A stretch of 64,000 nucleotides of DNA from Candidatus Moranbacteria bacterium GW2011_GWC2_40_12 (lineage in GTDB: Bacteria; Patescibacteriota; Minisyncoccia; Moranbacterales; UBA11712). Below are positions 1 to 10,364 of the stretch, piece by piece; position 1 is the first letter of the stretch; each line of letters starts with the position of its first letter. The notes beneath the pieces are model-generated. The model made no database searches, had not been told where the DNA came from, and worked only from the letters and a program-made list of their open reading frames with translations. The translations under genes and the position numbers were made by a program. The DNA lies in NCBI GenBank assembly GCA_000995965.1, contig LBYD01000001.1, forward strand, positions 362,848-426,847, given 5' to 3'.

Positions 1-453
1 AATAATCGTCCCAAGCTCGAGGCTGGTGAGACTGCCAAAGATTCCCTGCGATCGGAAAAGGGAAATCATTCCGAAAGTTTGCAGCGCGGCCAGAGGAACC
101 GTGATCCAGCGCGTCCACATATTGAATTTCTGCCGCCCGGCTTCGCCTTCTTCTTTGTAGATTTGCTCAAGGCGCGGAACAATCATTGTCAGCAGCTGCA
201 TAATGATGGAAGCGGTGATATACGGTCCGACGCCGAGCATCACGATCGAAATATTGCGCAAGCCCCCTCCGGAAAACATATTAAGCAGTCCGAAAAACTG
301 GTTATTTTCAAAAAATTGCCGAAGCTGTTCGACGTTCACTCCCGGAACAGGAATGTTGGCCGCGAGGCGAAAAACAACAAGAATCCCCAAAATGAAGAGG
401 ATTTTGTCGCGAAGCTCTTTTACTTTGAAGATTTGGGTTATTTTTTGAAGCAT
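1..453 (-). CDS. secY: Preprotein translocase SecY (5' part, runs off window)
   Basis: Manual translation from ATG at 453: MLQKITQIFKVKELRDKILFILGILVVFRLAANIPVPGV...SIVMLGVGPYITASIIMQLL; follows rplO. Confidence 0.95.
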   Translation of the reverse strand, partial: MLQKITQIFKVKELRDKILFILGILVVFRLAANIPVPGVNVEQLRQFFENNQFFGLLNMFSGGGLRNISIVMLGVGPYITASIIMQLLTMIVPRLEQIYKEEGEAGRQKFNMWTRWITVPLAALQTFGMISLFRSQGIFGSLTSLELGTII

Positions 454-556
454 ATTGATAGAATTTTGAATTTGGAATTGTGAACTTTGAATGGGAATAT
501 CCGAATTTAGAATTCTTTATTCCGAATTCCCATTCTCAATTCTGAATTCTCTATTC

Positions 557-985
557 TCAATTCTTCACGATTCCTCCCGCTTTTTCTATTTTTTCCTTCG
601 CGCTTTTGGAAACGAGGCATTTTTCAAAAGTGATTTTTTTTGTGATTTCTCCGTTTCCTAAAATTTTGACTGGCACTTTTATTTTACGGATTATTCGCTT
701 TTCACGCAAAGCCTGGGGACTCACAACCGCGCCCTCATCAAATATTTTGTTTATTTTATCAAGGCCAATAATTTGATTTTGGGGATGGATTGACTTGAAA
801 CCGCGCAATTTCGGCAGATGTTCAATGAGTGTTGACCGGCCACCTTCAAAAATCGGGTTTATATTCGCTCCCGATCGGGATTTTTGTCCCTTAACTCCGC
901 GGCCAGAATAGGTCCCTTTCTTTCCGCCCCGGCCGATGCGTCTTTTCGGCTTTCTGGATTTAATTTTCAGTTGATGAATCTGCAT
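557..985 (-). CDS. rplO: 50S ribosomal protein L15
   Basis: RIGRGGKKGTYSGRGVKGQKSRSG, FEGG motifs; spc operon position. Confidence 0.97.
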   Translation of the reverse strand: MQIHQLKIKSRKPKRRIGRGGKKGTYSGRGVKGQKSRSGANINPIFEGGRSTLIEHLPKLRGFKSIHPQNQIIGLDKINKIFDEGAVVSPQALREKRIIRKIKVPVKILGNGEITKKITFEKCLVSKSAKEKIEKAGGIVKN

Positions 986-1070
986 AGTTTTTGTAATTAG
1001 TAATTCGCAATTTTGCTCGCTCCGCTCGCTGTAATTTGGATAAGATGAAATCCGAATTACAAATTATTAA

Positions 1071-1547
1071 TTACGAATTACGACTCGAGAGCGCCTTTAC
1101 TTGCTCCAGGGCTTTCACTGTCGCCCTTGCCACGCTTAATTTGTTCGATGAGCCCATTGATTTTGAAACAATATCCCGAATGCCGGCCAATTCTATGACC
1201 GAGCGCACGGCTCCGCCAGCGACGATTCCCCGTCCGGGTTTTGCCGGCTTGATCATAACCTTCGCGCTCCCTACCTTCGCCTCCATAGGACAGGCAATCG
1301 TATTATTGTGCCTTTTTATCTGGACCATGCTCTTTTTTCCGCTGTTGAAAGCCTTTCGCACCGCTTCGCTGACATCAACGCCCTTCGCGACCCCAACTCC
1401 GACCTTCCCGTTCCTGTTCCCGATAATCAAAACCGCCCGGAAACGAAACCGGCGCCCGCCTTTCACCACTCTTGTTACTCTCGCGAGTTCCAACAGCTTC
1501 TGGTCATATTCTGGTTTTTCTCTTCTTGAGAATTTTTTTCTGGCCAT
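1071..1547 (-). CDS. rpsE: 30S ribosomal protein S5
   Basis: RVTRVVKGGRRFRF, PAKPGRGIVAGG. Confidence 0.97.
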   Translation of the reverse strand: MARKKFSRREKPEYDQKLLELARVTRVVKGGRRFRFRAVLIIGNRNGKVGVGVAKGVDVSEAVRKAFNSGKKSMVQIKRHNNTIACPMEAKVGSAKVMIKPAKPGRGIVAGGAVRSVIELAGIRDIVSKSMGSSNKLSVARATVKALEQVKALSSRNS

Positions 1548-1687
1548 AAATATAATTCAAAATTCAAATATCAAAATGCAAAATGTCAATGCAAAGTTCA
1601 AAATGGACAAATGTCAAAGTCATTTTGACATTCAGAAATTTTTTCATTTTGAACTGACACTTTGATCTCTGACTTTTTATTTTTTAA

Positions 1688-2032
1688 TTAGAATGCCAGT
1701 CCCCCTTCTCTCGCTCCTTCGGCAAGAGCCTTCACTTTTCCGTGGTATTTGTAACCATGCCGGTCAAAAACAACTTCCTTTATTTTTTTTGCCAGTGATA
1801 TTTTTGCTATTTCCGTCCCAATCTTCCGGGCCGTTTCGACATTGTTTTTCCCGCCTTTTATTTTCCGGCTGTCCACAGCCGCAATTGTTCTCTCTTTTTC
1901 GTCATCAATCAGCTGGACATAAATATATTTGATGCTTCGAAAAATACAAAGCCTGGGACGCTCGGTTGTGCCCAAAATCTTCGCTCTCCCTCTCCTGGCT
2001 CGTTTTTTTCTTAATCGCAATATATCCATCAT
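1688..2032 (-). CDS. rplR: 50S ribosomal protein L18
   Basis: RPRLCIFRS, VVFDRHGYKYHGKVKALAEGARE. Confidence 0.97.
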   Translation of the reverse strand: MMDILRLRKKRARRGRAKILGTTERPRLCIFRSIKYIYVQLIDDEKERTIAAVDSRKIKGGKNNVETARKIGTEIAKISLAKKIKEVVFDRHGYKYHGKVKALAEGAREGGLAF

Positions 2033-2062
2033 TAATTCGTAATTCTAATTCGTAAATATCAC

Positions 2063-2608
2063 TTATTTATCCGCTCCTACAGCTTTTTTTCCGGCCTTCT
2101 TCCTTACAATTTCTCCAACATACCGGAAACCTTTTCCCTTATAAGGCTCCACTTTTTTGAGAGCCCGGACGGATGCGGCTAGCTGGCCTACTTTCTGCTT
2201 GTCGATCCCCGAAATTGTGAGTATATTTTTTTCAATTTTCGCTTCCAGCCCTTCAGGAACTTCAACTTCAACCGGATGGGAAAATCCCAAAGCCATATTG
2301 AGTTTCTTCCCCTGGACGGCCATTCGGAATCCCACCCCCTGGAGCTCTAGCTGCTTTTCATATCCCTTCGTCACTCCTTGAATCATATTGGCGATGAGCA
2401 TCCGAGTCAAACCCCACAGAGACCAGGATTGCTTTGTATCCCTTTTCGCCGTAACCTGAATTTCTTTTCCGGAAGATTTCACATCGATATCATTATGGAA
2501 ATCAAAATCAAGCGATCCTTTCGGTCCCTTTATGGAAATATTCTGCCCCGAAATTTTTGCCTCGACTCCTTCGGGAATAGCTACTGATTTTTTTCCGATT
2601 CTACTCAT
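2063..2608 (-). CDS. rplF: 50S ribosomal protein L6
   Basis: MSRIGKK, EPYKGKG. Confidence 0.97.
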   Translation of the reverse strand: MSRIGKKSVAIPEGVEAKISGQNISIKGPKGSLDFDFHNDIDVKSSGKEIQVTAKRDTKQSWSLWGLTRMLIANMIQGVTKGYEKQLELQGVGFRMAVQGKKLNMALGFSHPVEVEVPEGLEAKIEKNILTISGIDKQKVGQLAASVRALKKVEPYKGKGFRYVGEIVRKKAGKKAVGADK

Positions 2609-2657
2609 TTATTTGACTTTAATTCGCATATTCGCATTGATTCGCGATTCGCAGAGA

Positions 2658-3062
2658 TCACCAAACTTCACAAATTATTTCCCCTCCCAAGCCGGTTCTT
2701 CTCGCCTCGCTGTCGGTCATCAATCCCCTTGATGTAGAGATAATGGCAAAGCCATAGCCGCTTCTTATGACCGGTATTCTATTTTTGCCGACATATATTC
2801 TTTGCCCTTGCCGACTGACTCTTTGAAGCCCCTGGATATAGGAACCCTTGCCGCCTTTTTCGTCCTGAGAATATTTGAGCCCTATCTTCAAAAAATTTCT
2901 TTCTTTTTCTGTGCTTTCCGAAACTTTCTCAACGAAACCTTTCTTTTTCATTATTTCAGCTATTTTTTTCTTGAATTTTGAAAAAGGAACAACCACTTCC
3001 GGATGCCCGGCTCGAGTGGCGTTTCTTATTCTGGTTAGCATATCGCTTATTGGATCAATCAT
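2658..3062 (-). CDS. rpsH: 30S ribosomal protein S8
   Basis: DPISDMLTRIRNA, STSRGLMTD, GGEIICEVW. Confidence 0.97.
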   Translation of the reverse strand: MIDPISDMLTRIRNATRAGHPEVVVPFSKFKKKIAEIMKKKGFVEKVSESTEKERNFLKIGLKYSQDEKGGKGSYIQGLQRVSRQGQRIYVGKNRIPVIRSGYGFAIISTSRGLMTDSEARRTGLGGEIICEVW

Positions 3063-3071
3063 ATGTTTTTT

Positions 3072-3257
3072 TTACCAGCTGGATTTTCTTACGCCTGGAA
3101 TTTCCCCCTGACTGGCCAGTTCTCGAAAGCATATTCGGCACAACTCGAAATCGCGCATATATCCTCTTTTACGGCCGCAACGCCAACATCTCCGCACGAT
3201 ACGGGATGAAAATTTCGGTTTTTTTCTTGCCCTGGCTTCAGTTGATGTTTTCGCCAT
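3072..3257 (-). CDS. rpsN: 30S ribosomal protein S14, Zn-binding (type Z)
   Basis: 61 aa with CWRC...CRIC. Confidence 0.96.
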   Translation of the reverse strand: MAKTSTEARARKKPKFSSRIVRRCWRCGRKRGYMRDFELCRICFRELASQGEIPGVRKSSW

Positions 3258-3268
3258 GATTCTTATAA

Positions 3269-3814
3269 TTATTCGCTTTTTATTGGAAATCCTAGCAATC
3301 TCAATAGTCCAATCCCCTCTTCTTTTGTTTTAGCCGTATTCACGACCGTCACCTGAAACCCAAAGATATTCTTCACGTTTTCCGCCATAATTTCCGGAAA
3401 AACGAAGTGTTCCTTGAGGGCTATATTGAAATTTCCCTGTTTGTCAAAAAATTTCGTGTCAATTCCTTGAAAATCGCGAATTCTTGGAAAAGCCGACTTC
3501 ACAAGCCGTTCCAGAAAATCCCACATCCTCCGCCCCCGAAGTGTCACGACAATTCCGACATCTTGACCTTCACGGACTTTGAATCCGGATATTGATTTTT
3601 TGGCTTTCGCCATGACTGGCTTTTGACCGGAGATATCTCTGATCGCGGAAATAATTTCGTCAACGGCGTCTTTTTCTTTCAAAAATTTTCCAATCCCGGC
3701 ATTTATAACAACTTTGGTGATTCTTGGAACCGCCATGACGCTTCTGGCGCCGAATTTCTCTTGAAATTTCTTCGCCGCATCCTTATTATATTTTTCCTTG
3801 AGTGTGATGCTCAT
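3269..3814 (-). CDS. rplE: 50S ribosomal protein L5 (start revised to MSITLKEKY)
   Basis: [26 protein letters not shown]. Confidence 0.96.
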   Translation of the reverse strand: MSITLKEKYNKDAAKKFQEKFGARSVMAVPRITKVVINAGIGKFLKEKDAVDEIISAIRDISGQKPVMAKAKKSISGFKVREGQDVGIVVTLRGRRMWDFLERLVKSAFPRIRDFQGIDTKFFDKQGNFNIALKEHFVFPEIMAENVKNIFGFQVTVVNTAKTKEEGIGLLRLLGFPIKSE

Positions 3815-3854
3815 AAATTCGTATATACATATGTGATTCGTGATTCGTAAAAAT

Positions 3855-4160
3855 TTATACTTCGCTCTTGCATTTCTTGCAGGTGCGGAATTTGTTCTCG
3901 CCCCCAGTTTTGTATCCGACCCGGGTCGGCTTAGAACATTTCGGACAGATAAGGGAAAGATTCGACAAATCAATCGCCGCCGGCACAGAAACGCGCTGGC
4001 CTTTTTCTCCCTGCTTACGCGGGCGGGTATGCCTTTTCACCAAATTCATCCCTTCGACCAGGGCTTTTTTTTCTTTGCCGAATACACGCGAAACTTTTCC
4101 GCTTTTTCCCCGGTCTTTTCCTGATAGTATTTTCACATTGTCGCCTTTTCTTATCTTCAT
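3855..4160 (-). CDS. rplX: 50S ribosomal protein L24
   Basis: MKIRKGDNVKILSGKDRGKSG KOW motif. Confidence 0.97.
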   Translation of the reverse strand: MKIRKGDNVKILSGKDRGKSGKVSRVFGKEKKALVEGMNLVKRHTRPRKQGEKGQRVSVPAAIDLSNLSLICPKCSKPTRVGYKTGGENKFRTCKKCKSEV

Positions 4161-4274
4161 AACCTTCTTTTCTAATCACGAATTTCGTATGAATATGCGA
4201 ATCAATTTTGTTTCAGACAATCGACATTATCCGTATATTCGTATATTCATTATAGATTCGTAGTTCATCTGGAT

Positions 4275-4640
4275 CTACCAAACTTCTGGAGCGAGTGAGA
4301 CAATCTTCGCGTAGCCCCTTTCCCGAATTTCTCTTGCGATCGGACCGAAAATTCTTGTGCCCTTTGGTTCCATCCCTTCCACGATAACCGCCGCATTATC
4401 AGAAAAACTGATATAAGAGCCGTCTTTCCGGCGAAAGGGCTTTCTTTGTCGAACTATCACCGCTTTCACAATCGCTTTTTTCTTTATCGTCCCTCGAGGC
4501 TCGGCGAGCTTCACTGAAGCGATGATGATATCCCCGATCTTTGCGTATCTTTTGCGAGTTCCTCCAGGCACCTTGAAACATTCGATGATCCGAGCACCGG
4601 TATTGTCCGCGACTTTCAGTTTTGTTTCGGCTTGAATCAT
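4275..4640 (-). CDS. rplN: 50S ribosomal protein L14
   Basis: [23 protein letters not shown]. Confidence 0.97.
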   Translation of the reverse strand: MIQAETKLKVADNTGARIIECFKVPGGTRKRYAKIGDIIIASVKLAEPRGTIKKKAIVKAVIVRQRKPFRRKDGSYISFSDNAAVIVEGMEPKGTRIFGPIAREIRERGYAKIVSLAPEVW

Positions 4641-4655
4641 TATTTTCTATCCAAA

Positions 4656-4898
4656 TTAATCATAAATTACTTCCCATTTTTTTCCCTTGCTCGTCGGCCT
4701 CGTTTCCTGGATTTTGACTTTGTCACCGACCTTGAACCTATTTTCCGGATCGTGGGCTTTGAACTTTTTTGTCACGAGATATCTTTTCAAATACTTGGGA
4801 TGGGTTTTCATGGTATTCACGGCCACAACGACAGTCCTTGCCATTTTATCGCTGGCAACCTTCCCTTCAATATATTTTTTCGCTTTTTCAGTGGTCAT
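4656..4898 (-). CDS. rpsQ: 30S ribosomal protein S17
   Basis: [21 protein letters not shown]. Confidence 0.96.
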   Translation of the reverse strand: MTTEKAKKYIEGKVASDKMARTVVVAVNTMKTHPKYLKRYLVTKKFKAHDPENRFKVGDKVKIQETRPTSKGKKWEVIYD

Positions 4899-4913
4899 AT
4901 ATTTTTCTAATTG

Positions 4914-5099
4914 CTATTTTTTCAAATTCAGCACCGTTAAAATTTTTGCGATGTCTTTCTTTATTTTCCTGATCTCCCGGTGATTCTTCACTTGTTTTCC
5001 GGAAATGTCAAATTTCATCTTGGTGAGCTTGTTCCTAAGTTCACTGAGATTTTTTTCAAGCTCTTTTTGATTTTTTTCGCGAATATCTTTGATTTTCAT
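4914..5099 (-). CDS. rpmC: 50S ribosomal protein L29
   Basis: 61 aa, [13 protein letters not shown]; operon position. Confidence 0.93.
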   Translation of the reverse strand: MKIKDIREKNQKELEKNLSELRNKLTKMKFDISGKQVKNHREIRKIKKDIAKILTVLNLKK

Positions 5100-5506
5100 A
5101 TCTTTTCTTCAATTCTCGTTTTTACGCAAAGCTTTGCCGAAGCCAGTTTCAGCGCCCGCCTTGCAGTCTCGGGAGGGACACCGTCCATTTCAAATATAAT
5201 TCTCCCTTGCTCAACCACTGCCACAAAATGGTCAACGGATCCCTTGCCTTTTCCCATCGGAGTTTCGTCCCCTTTTTTTGTCATCGGTTTTGACGGAAAA
5301 ACTCTAATCCAAATTTTCCCTCCCCGCTGGACATAGCGGGTCATGGCCCGCCTCGAAGCCTCAATCTGCCGGGCCGAAACCAGTCCCGCCTCAAGCGACC
5401 TCAATCCAAAACTTCCAAAACTCAATTCGGCGCCTTTTTTGGCCCTTTGGCGCAACTTTCCTCCGCGCTGCTGCTTCCGATATTTCACTTTCTTTGGCAT
5501 CAACAT
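5096..5506 (-). CDS. rplP: 50S ribosomal protein L16
   Basis: [21 protein letters not shown]. Confidence 0.97.
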   Translation of the reverse strand: MLMPKKVKYRKQQRGGKLRQRAKKGAELSFGSFGLRSLEAGLVSARQIEASRRAMTRYVQRGGKIWIRVFPSKPMTKKGDETPMGKGKGSVDHFVAVVEQGRIIFEMDGVPPETARRALKLASAKLCVKTRIEEKI

Positions 5507-5525
5507 AAATTTTCATCAAACAACA

Positions 5526-6167
5526 TTATTCAAACTTTTCTCCCCTGTAGATCCAAACTTTTACTCCAATCACCCCATAAGTAGTTTGGGCGGTAGCTTT
5601 GGCATAATCGATATCTGCCCTGAGAGTGTGCAGAGGCAAAGTTCCTTTCGAAAGCCATTCCCGCCTCGCGATTTCCGATCCGCCCAATCTTCCGGCCACT
5701 TCCATTTTGATTCCCTTTATCTTCCGACCTTCCATCGCCTGGTCAATGACTCCTTTCAGCACTCTTCTGAAGGGAAGTCTTTTTTCCAGCTGTTCTGCGA
5801 CGTTCTGGGCAACAACCATGGCGTTTTCTTCGCTGTTTTTGATTTCTTCAACTTCAACCTTGAGATCAACTTTCTTAGTTTTGAAAAAATCATCCTTGAT
5901 TATTTTTCTCAAATCTTCAATTCCGCTCCCCCCTCTTCCAATTATAACTCCGGGCCTTGCCGTCTTGATGACAACCCGAACAACGCCGCTTGACCTTTCG
6001 ATTTCGACCGATCCGACAGCTGCGCTGCGAAGCTTTTTTTCAACCATCCGGCGAATTTCAACGTCTTCGCGAAGCTGTTTGGCGTATTCTTTTTTACTGA
6101 TCCAGCGGGACTTCCAGGTATTCGTGATTCCGATGCGAAGCCCTTTTGGGTTTACTTTCTGTCCCAT
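5526..6167 (-). CDS. rpsC: 30S ribosomal protein S3
   Basis: MGQKVNP, ARPGVIIG, PLHTLRADIDY. Confidence 0.97.
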   Translation of the reverse strand: MGQKVNPKGLRIGITNTWKSRWISKKEYAKQLREDVEIRRMVEKKLRSAAVGSVEIERSSGVVRVVIKTARPGVIIGRGGSGIEDLRKIIKDDFFKTKKVDLKVEVEEIKNSEENAMVVAQNVAEQLEKRLPFRRVLKGVIDQAMEGRKIKGIKMEVAGRLGGSEIARREWLSKGTLPLHTLRADIDYAKATAQTTYGVIGVKVWIYRGEKFE

Positions 6168-6172
6168 AGTTG

Positions 6173-6724
6173 TTACATTGATTTTCTTCTAAATACTCTT
6201 TTCAAAAACCCTTGTTTTCCTTCCGCCTTTTTCTTCTCATCAATAAATTCTTTCGTCTCTCTCTCTTTCGCTTTTTCTTTCTTTTCTTCTTTCATCTCTT
6301 CCTTGCCTTTCTCTATCCTCTCCTTGATTTCCTCCGGTTTCACGTCCTTTATTTCATGCTTTTTTTCCAGTTTCTTCCTGTCTTTTCCTTCGACTCTTTC
6401 CGCCAAAATCATTTCAATATGGCTCGATCTTTTGAGGATAAGAGAGGCCCGGCCATAGGCCCGCGGAAGCCATCTTTTCAGCTTCGTTCCCTCGTTTACG
6501 GCAATATTTTTGACATACAGATTATCTTTGCTCAGTCCAAAATTATTTTCCGCGTTTGAAACAGCGCTTTTCAGCAATTTTTCGAAATTCGGCGTTGAAC
6601 CTTTGATCAAAAATTTCAGTTGATTTTCGGCTTCCTTTACGTCCAATCCGCTAAGCATCTTCGCGACCAGACGAATTTTTCTTGGCGAACGTCTCAAATT
6701 GTTGAGTTGGGCTTTTATTTCCAT
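6173..6724 (-). CDS. rplV: 50S ribosomal protein L22 with charged C-terminal extension
   Basis: SPRKIRLVA, PRAYGRA, KRSSHI; about 70 extra E/K-rich residues. Confidence 0.95.
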   Translation of the reverse strand: MEIKAQLNNLRRSPRKIRLVAKMLSGLDVKEAENQLKFLIKGSTPNFEKLLKSAVSNAENNFGLSKDNLYVKNIAVNEGTKLKRWLPRAYGRASLILKRSSHIEMILAERVEGKDRKKLEKKHEIKDVKPEEIKERIEKGKEEMKEEKKEKAKERETKEFIDEKKKAEGKQGFLKRVFRRKSM

Positions 6725-6738
6725 GGTTTTCGCTTTGA

Positions 6739-7074
6739 TTATTTCTTCTCTCCTGTCTGCGCCGCTTTTGCCGCCTCGGAGGATTTGGTCGCTGCAGCCA
6801 TTTCAATTTCTTTCTGGATCCTGCCGCCGTGACGGACAAACTTCCTGGTGGGGGAAAATTCACCCAGCTTATGGCCAATCATTTCTTCAGTCACAAAAAC
6901 TGATATAAAATCTTTGCCGTTGTGGACACCGAAAGTAAAACCCACCATTTCCGGAGTAACTGTCGAGCTTCTCGCCCAGGTTTTTATGACCGATCTGTCT
7001 CCCGGCTTTTTATCCTGAATTTTCTTGATCAATTTTTCATCCACATAGGGACCTTTTTTGAGTGAACGGGACAT
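6739..7074 (-). CDS. rpsS: 30S ribosomal protein S19
   Basis: [20 protein letters not shown]. Confidence 0.97.
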   Translation of the reverse strand: MSRSLKKGPYVDEKLIKKIQDKKPGDRSVIKTWARSSTVTPEMVGFTFGVHNGKDFISVFVTEEMIGHKLGEFSPTRKFVRHGGRIQKEIEMAAATKSSEAAKAAQTGEKK

Positions 7075-7895
7075 TATTTTCTTCTTTTTAATATGAATTT
7101 ATTGCTATACTTGTATTTCTTCCTTGTTTTCTTTCCCAGCGCCGGTTTTCCCCAGGGAGTCTTTGGATGCTTAAGGCCTATTCCTTGTTTTCCTTCTCCT
7201 CCGCCGTGCGGATGGTCAACCGGGTTCATCACAGATCCCCGGACAGTCGGCCTTATCCCCAGCCATCTTGAGCGTCCCGCTTTGCCTATCATCACGGTAT
7301 TGTGCAATGTATTGCTGACTTGGCCAATAGTCGCGAAACAGTCGCCGCTGGCTATCCGGAGTTCTCCCGATGAAAGTTTGAGCTGGGCCATATTCCCTTC
7401 AACTGACATCAGAGTCACTGAAGAGCCGGCGCTCCTTCCGAGCTGGGCTCCTCTTTTTGGAAAAAGTTCAACAAGACAGATTTGGGTTCCGATTGGAATA
7501 TTTTTGAGCATTGCCCTATTGCCGATTTTGACGGGAGTTTTTTCAGCTGTCAAGATTTTTTGGCCCTCTTTCATTCCGGAAACAGCGACTGAATAACGTT
7601 TTTCCCCGTCCGCATATTGGAGAAGGGCTATGTTGGCGCTCCGGTTGGGGTCTCTTTCTATCCTAGCAATCACCGCCGGAATATCAAGTTTGTCCATCCT
7701 GAAATCTATTTCCCTGTATCTTCGCTTATGGCCTCCCCCTTTATGGCGGACTGAAATTTTCCCGCCCGACCGTCCCTTGTTCCTTTTTATAAAATACGTC
7801 AAACTCTTTTCCGGTTTTCCAGAATCTTTTTCAAGCTTTGCCACTGACATCTGCCTTCGCCCGGGAGTAGTTTTTCGATAAATCTTGATCTTCAT
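7074..7895 (-). CDS. rplB: 50S ribosomal protein L2
   Basis: [23 protein letters not shown]. Confidence 0.98.
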   Translation of the reverse strand: MKIKIYRKTTPGRRQMSVAKLEKDSGKPEKSLTYFIKRNKGRSGGKISVRHKGGGHKRRYREIDFRMDKLDIPAVIARIERDPNRSANIALLQYADGEKRYSVAVSGMKEGQKILTAEKTPVKIGNRAMLKNIPIGTQICLVELFPKRGAQLGRSAGSSVTLMSVEGNMAQLKLSSGELRIASGDCFATIGQVSNTLHNTVMIGKAGRSRWLGIRPTVRGSVMNPVDHPHGGGEGKQGIGLKHPKTPWGKPALGKKTRKKYKYSNKFILKRRK

Positions 7896-8038
7896 TATTT
7901 CGTATATTCGCCCGCCTGCTTTGAAATGCTTCTTGTGAGCATATTATCGCTAAGTTTACCACATGTTCTCCTGCGTATATGCTTTTGAATAAACAACAAA
8001 GCATTTCGGGCAGGTAATTGATTCGCAATTCGCAAAGG

Positions 8039-8509
8039 CTACACGCTTTCGTTTATTCCGATTGTATCTCCGGTTGCGAGAGTCACAATAGCTTTTTTAT
8101 AGCCTTTTTTGTATCCCACTGTCCTTCCCTGAACTCTTTTTTTCGGGTGAATCCTGATTATATTCACACTTGTGACCCGAACTCCATAATAATCCTGGAT
8201 CGCCCCTTTTATCTGGCGTTTATCAGCCTTTTGGGCGACTTTGAAAACATACTTATTGAACTGCCCTAGGCTTGCGGATTTTTCGGTTACTAAGGGTTCT
8301 GAAAGGATTCGGTGGGCGATGTTTTCTTCTTTTTTGAGAACTTTTCCGGATTTAACTTCTTTTTTCGGCTTTTCAGTTTTGGCCTTATTCACCGGCTTCT
8401 CTCTTGTTTTCTCTTTTTTAGCAACCTTAATAGCTTTCGGTTTATTCCCTTTTTCAACCGTTTCTTTTTCCGTGCCCTTTTTCCCCAAAATTCTGTCAAA
8501 AATTGCCAT
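8039..8509 (-). CDS. rplW: 50S ribosomal protein L23 with Lys-rich N-terminal extension
   Basis: PLVTEKS, KKAIVTL; between rplD and rplB. Confidence 0.93.
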   Translation of the reverse strand: MAIFDRILGKKGTEKETVEKGNKPKAIKVAKKEKTREKPVNKAKTEKPKKEVKSGKVLKKEENIAHRILSEPLVTEKSASLGQFNKYVFKVAQKADKRQIKGAIQDYYGVRVTSVNIIRIHPKKRVQGRTVGYKKGYKKAIVTLATGDTIGINESV

Positions 8510-8518
8510 AACGCGCAA

Positions 8519-9145
8519 TTATTTCTTATACTTTTTCTCAATCATTTTTACCCCTTCTTCACTTAACACCAAATATTTGTGGTTCAAAATATCAAAAATA
8601 TTCAAATTTTCTGCGTCAATATTGTCAACTCTGGGAATATTTCGGCTGGCCCTTTTTGCCTCCTGTTCACTTTTCAAAAAACCGAAAAGGACGCTTCCTT
8701 TTATCTTCAAAGACTCAAGAGCTTTTCCCATCTTTTTCGTTTTTGATTCTTTTATTTCCAAGCTATCAACGATTATAATCTCTTTGTCCGCCAGTTTTTC
8801 AGAAAGAACGACTGCCAATGCTTTGTGATTCATTTTTTTCGAAACATCTTTTTTGAAATTTCGGTCTTTGGTCGGGCCAAAAATCACTCCCCCTTTTCTC
8901 CAGATCGGGCTTCTCACGGATCCGACTCTCGCCCGTCCGGTTCCCTTCTGCTTCCAGGGTTTTTTCCCGGATCCGGCTCTTTCCGCCCGGTCTTTTGTGT
9001 GGGCAAGAATCTGCCGGCGATTGGCATATTGGGCAACGTAAACTTGATGGAGCAGAACATCATTTTTCTCCACGCCGAAAACAAAATTAGCCAATTCAAT
9101 ATCTTTGATTTTTTTTCCTTCCAGATTGTGAACTGCGGCTTTCAT
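8519..9145 (-). CDS. rplD: 50S ribosomal protein L4
   Basis: KPWKQKGTGRAR, SPIWRKGGVIFGP. Confidence 0.97.
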   Translation of the reverse strand: MKAAVHNLEGKKIKDIELANFVFGVEKNDVLLHQVYVAQYANRRQILAHTKDRAERAGSGKKPWKQKGTGRARVGSVRSPIWRKGGVIFGPTKDRNFKKDVSKKMNHKALAVVLSEKLADKEIIIVDSLEIKESKTKKMGKALESLKIKGSVLFGFLKSEQEAKRASRNIPRVDNIDAENLNIFDILNHKYLVLSEEGVKMIEKKYKK

Positions 9146-9157
9146 CCTTATTTTAGA

Positions 9158-9751
9158 TTAAGAATTGCAAATTATTTCCACGATTCTTCCCTTCACCCCT
9201 GGCACTGCTCCACGGAGATACAATATGCTGTTTTCTTTGTCAATTTCAACGACTTCCAAATTCCGCGCAGATGATCGCTCGGCGCCCATCCGGCCCGCCA
9301 TCTTTTTACCCTTGATGACATGCTCCGGAAAACTGGAGCCAATTGATCCAGGTGCCCGCCAATCATGCTTGTGCCCGTGAGAATGGGGAGAGCCTTTGAA
9401 GTTGTGCCGCTTCATCACGCCTTGGAATCCTTTTCCCTTCGTGATTCCGGATACCTTCACTTTGTCTCCAACCTCAAATTGGCTTATGTCAATCTTGTCA
9501 CCAGTTTTTTTATCCTTCAATTCGCCCTTAAATTCCTTTATTTTTAAATAATCCTTTCTTGATTTTTCACTTTGTGTTTTCCGCTTTGGGTTCGCGATTC
9601 CTATCTGCACCGCCTCATACCCGTCTTTTTCGGTATTTCTAACTTGGGTAATAACATTCGGTCCGCATTCAACCAAAGTCACATTCAGTGCCCCTTTTTC
9701 CTTGCTATATATCGTACTCATCCCCAATTTTCTGCCTAGAATAAATTTCAT
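9158..9751 (-). CDS. rplC: 50S ribosomal protein L3
   Basis: GRKLGM, KGKGFQGVMKRH, GKKMAGRMG. Confidence 0.97.
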   Translation of the reverse strand: MKFILGRKLGMSTIYSKEKGALNVTLVECGPNVITQVRNTEKDGYEAVQIGIANPKRKTQSEKSRKDYLKIKEFKGELKDKKTGDKIDISQFEVGDKVKVSGITKGKGFQGVMKRHNFKGSPHSHGHKHDWRAPGSIGSSFPEHVIKGKKMAGRMGAERSSARNLEVVEIDKENSILYLRGAVPGVKGRIVEIICNS

Positions 9752-9920
9752 AACATAATACTCCAAATAAAAAAACTGGCATTAAACCAGCTAAAAACCA
9801 AAGGATTTTTTCGCTAGCTTAGTATCCCGATAAATCGGGACTTTAACTAGATTTCTCTGCAAATTACGAACCAAATAAAAATTCGTATATTCGTACTCGA
9901 TTCGTAATTCGTAGAGGATA

Positions 9921-10256
9921 TCACATTTTTATCTCAACATCCACACCAGCTGGCAAATCCAGATTAGTCAAACTGTCAATCGTTTTCGGCGTAGGATTGA
10001 ATATATCAATCAGTCTTTTGTGGAGCCGCATTTCATACTGGTCTCGGCTGTCCTTGTGCACAAAAGTTGACTTATTCACGGTGTATTTGCGAATTTGGGT
10101 CGGCAAAGGAACAGGACCTGCGATTTCCGCGCCGGTGCGTTCCGCAGTTTCCGCGATCTGACGGGCGCTGCGATCAATCACTTTATGATCGTAGGCTTTT
10201 ATTTTAACCCGAATTCTCGGTTTTGCTTCTTCTTCCGCAGGTTTCTTGGTTGCCAT
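9921..10256 (-). CDS. rpsJ: 30S ribosomal protein S10
   Basis: [23 protein letters not shown]. Confidence 0.97.
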   Translation of the reverse strand: MATKKPAEEEAKPRIRVKIKAYDHKVIDRSARQIAETAERTGAEIAGPVPLPTQIRKYTVNKSTFVHKDSRDQYEMRLHKRLIDIFNPTPKTIDSLTNLDLPAGVDVEIKM

Positions 10257-10364
10257 CGGAGACTAATTGTAAAAAATATTTAAAACTCTTTCCTAAAATC
10301 CATACGAAGCAAGATTTTTACCTGACGGGGGCTCGAATCCCGTCATTTCTCAAAGCCAAGCTTT

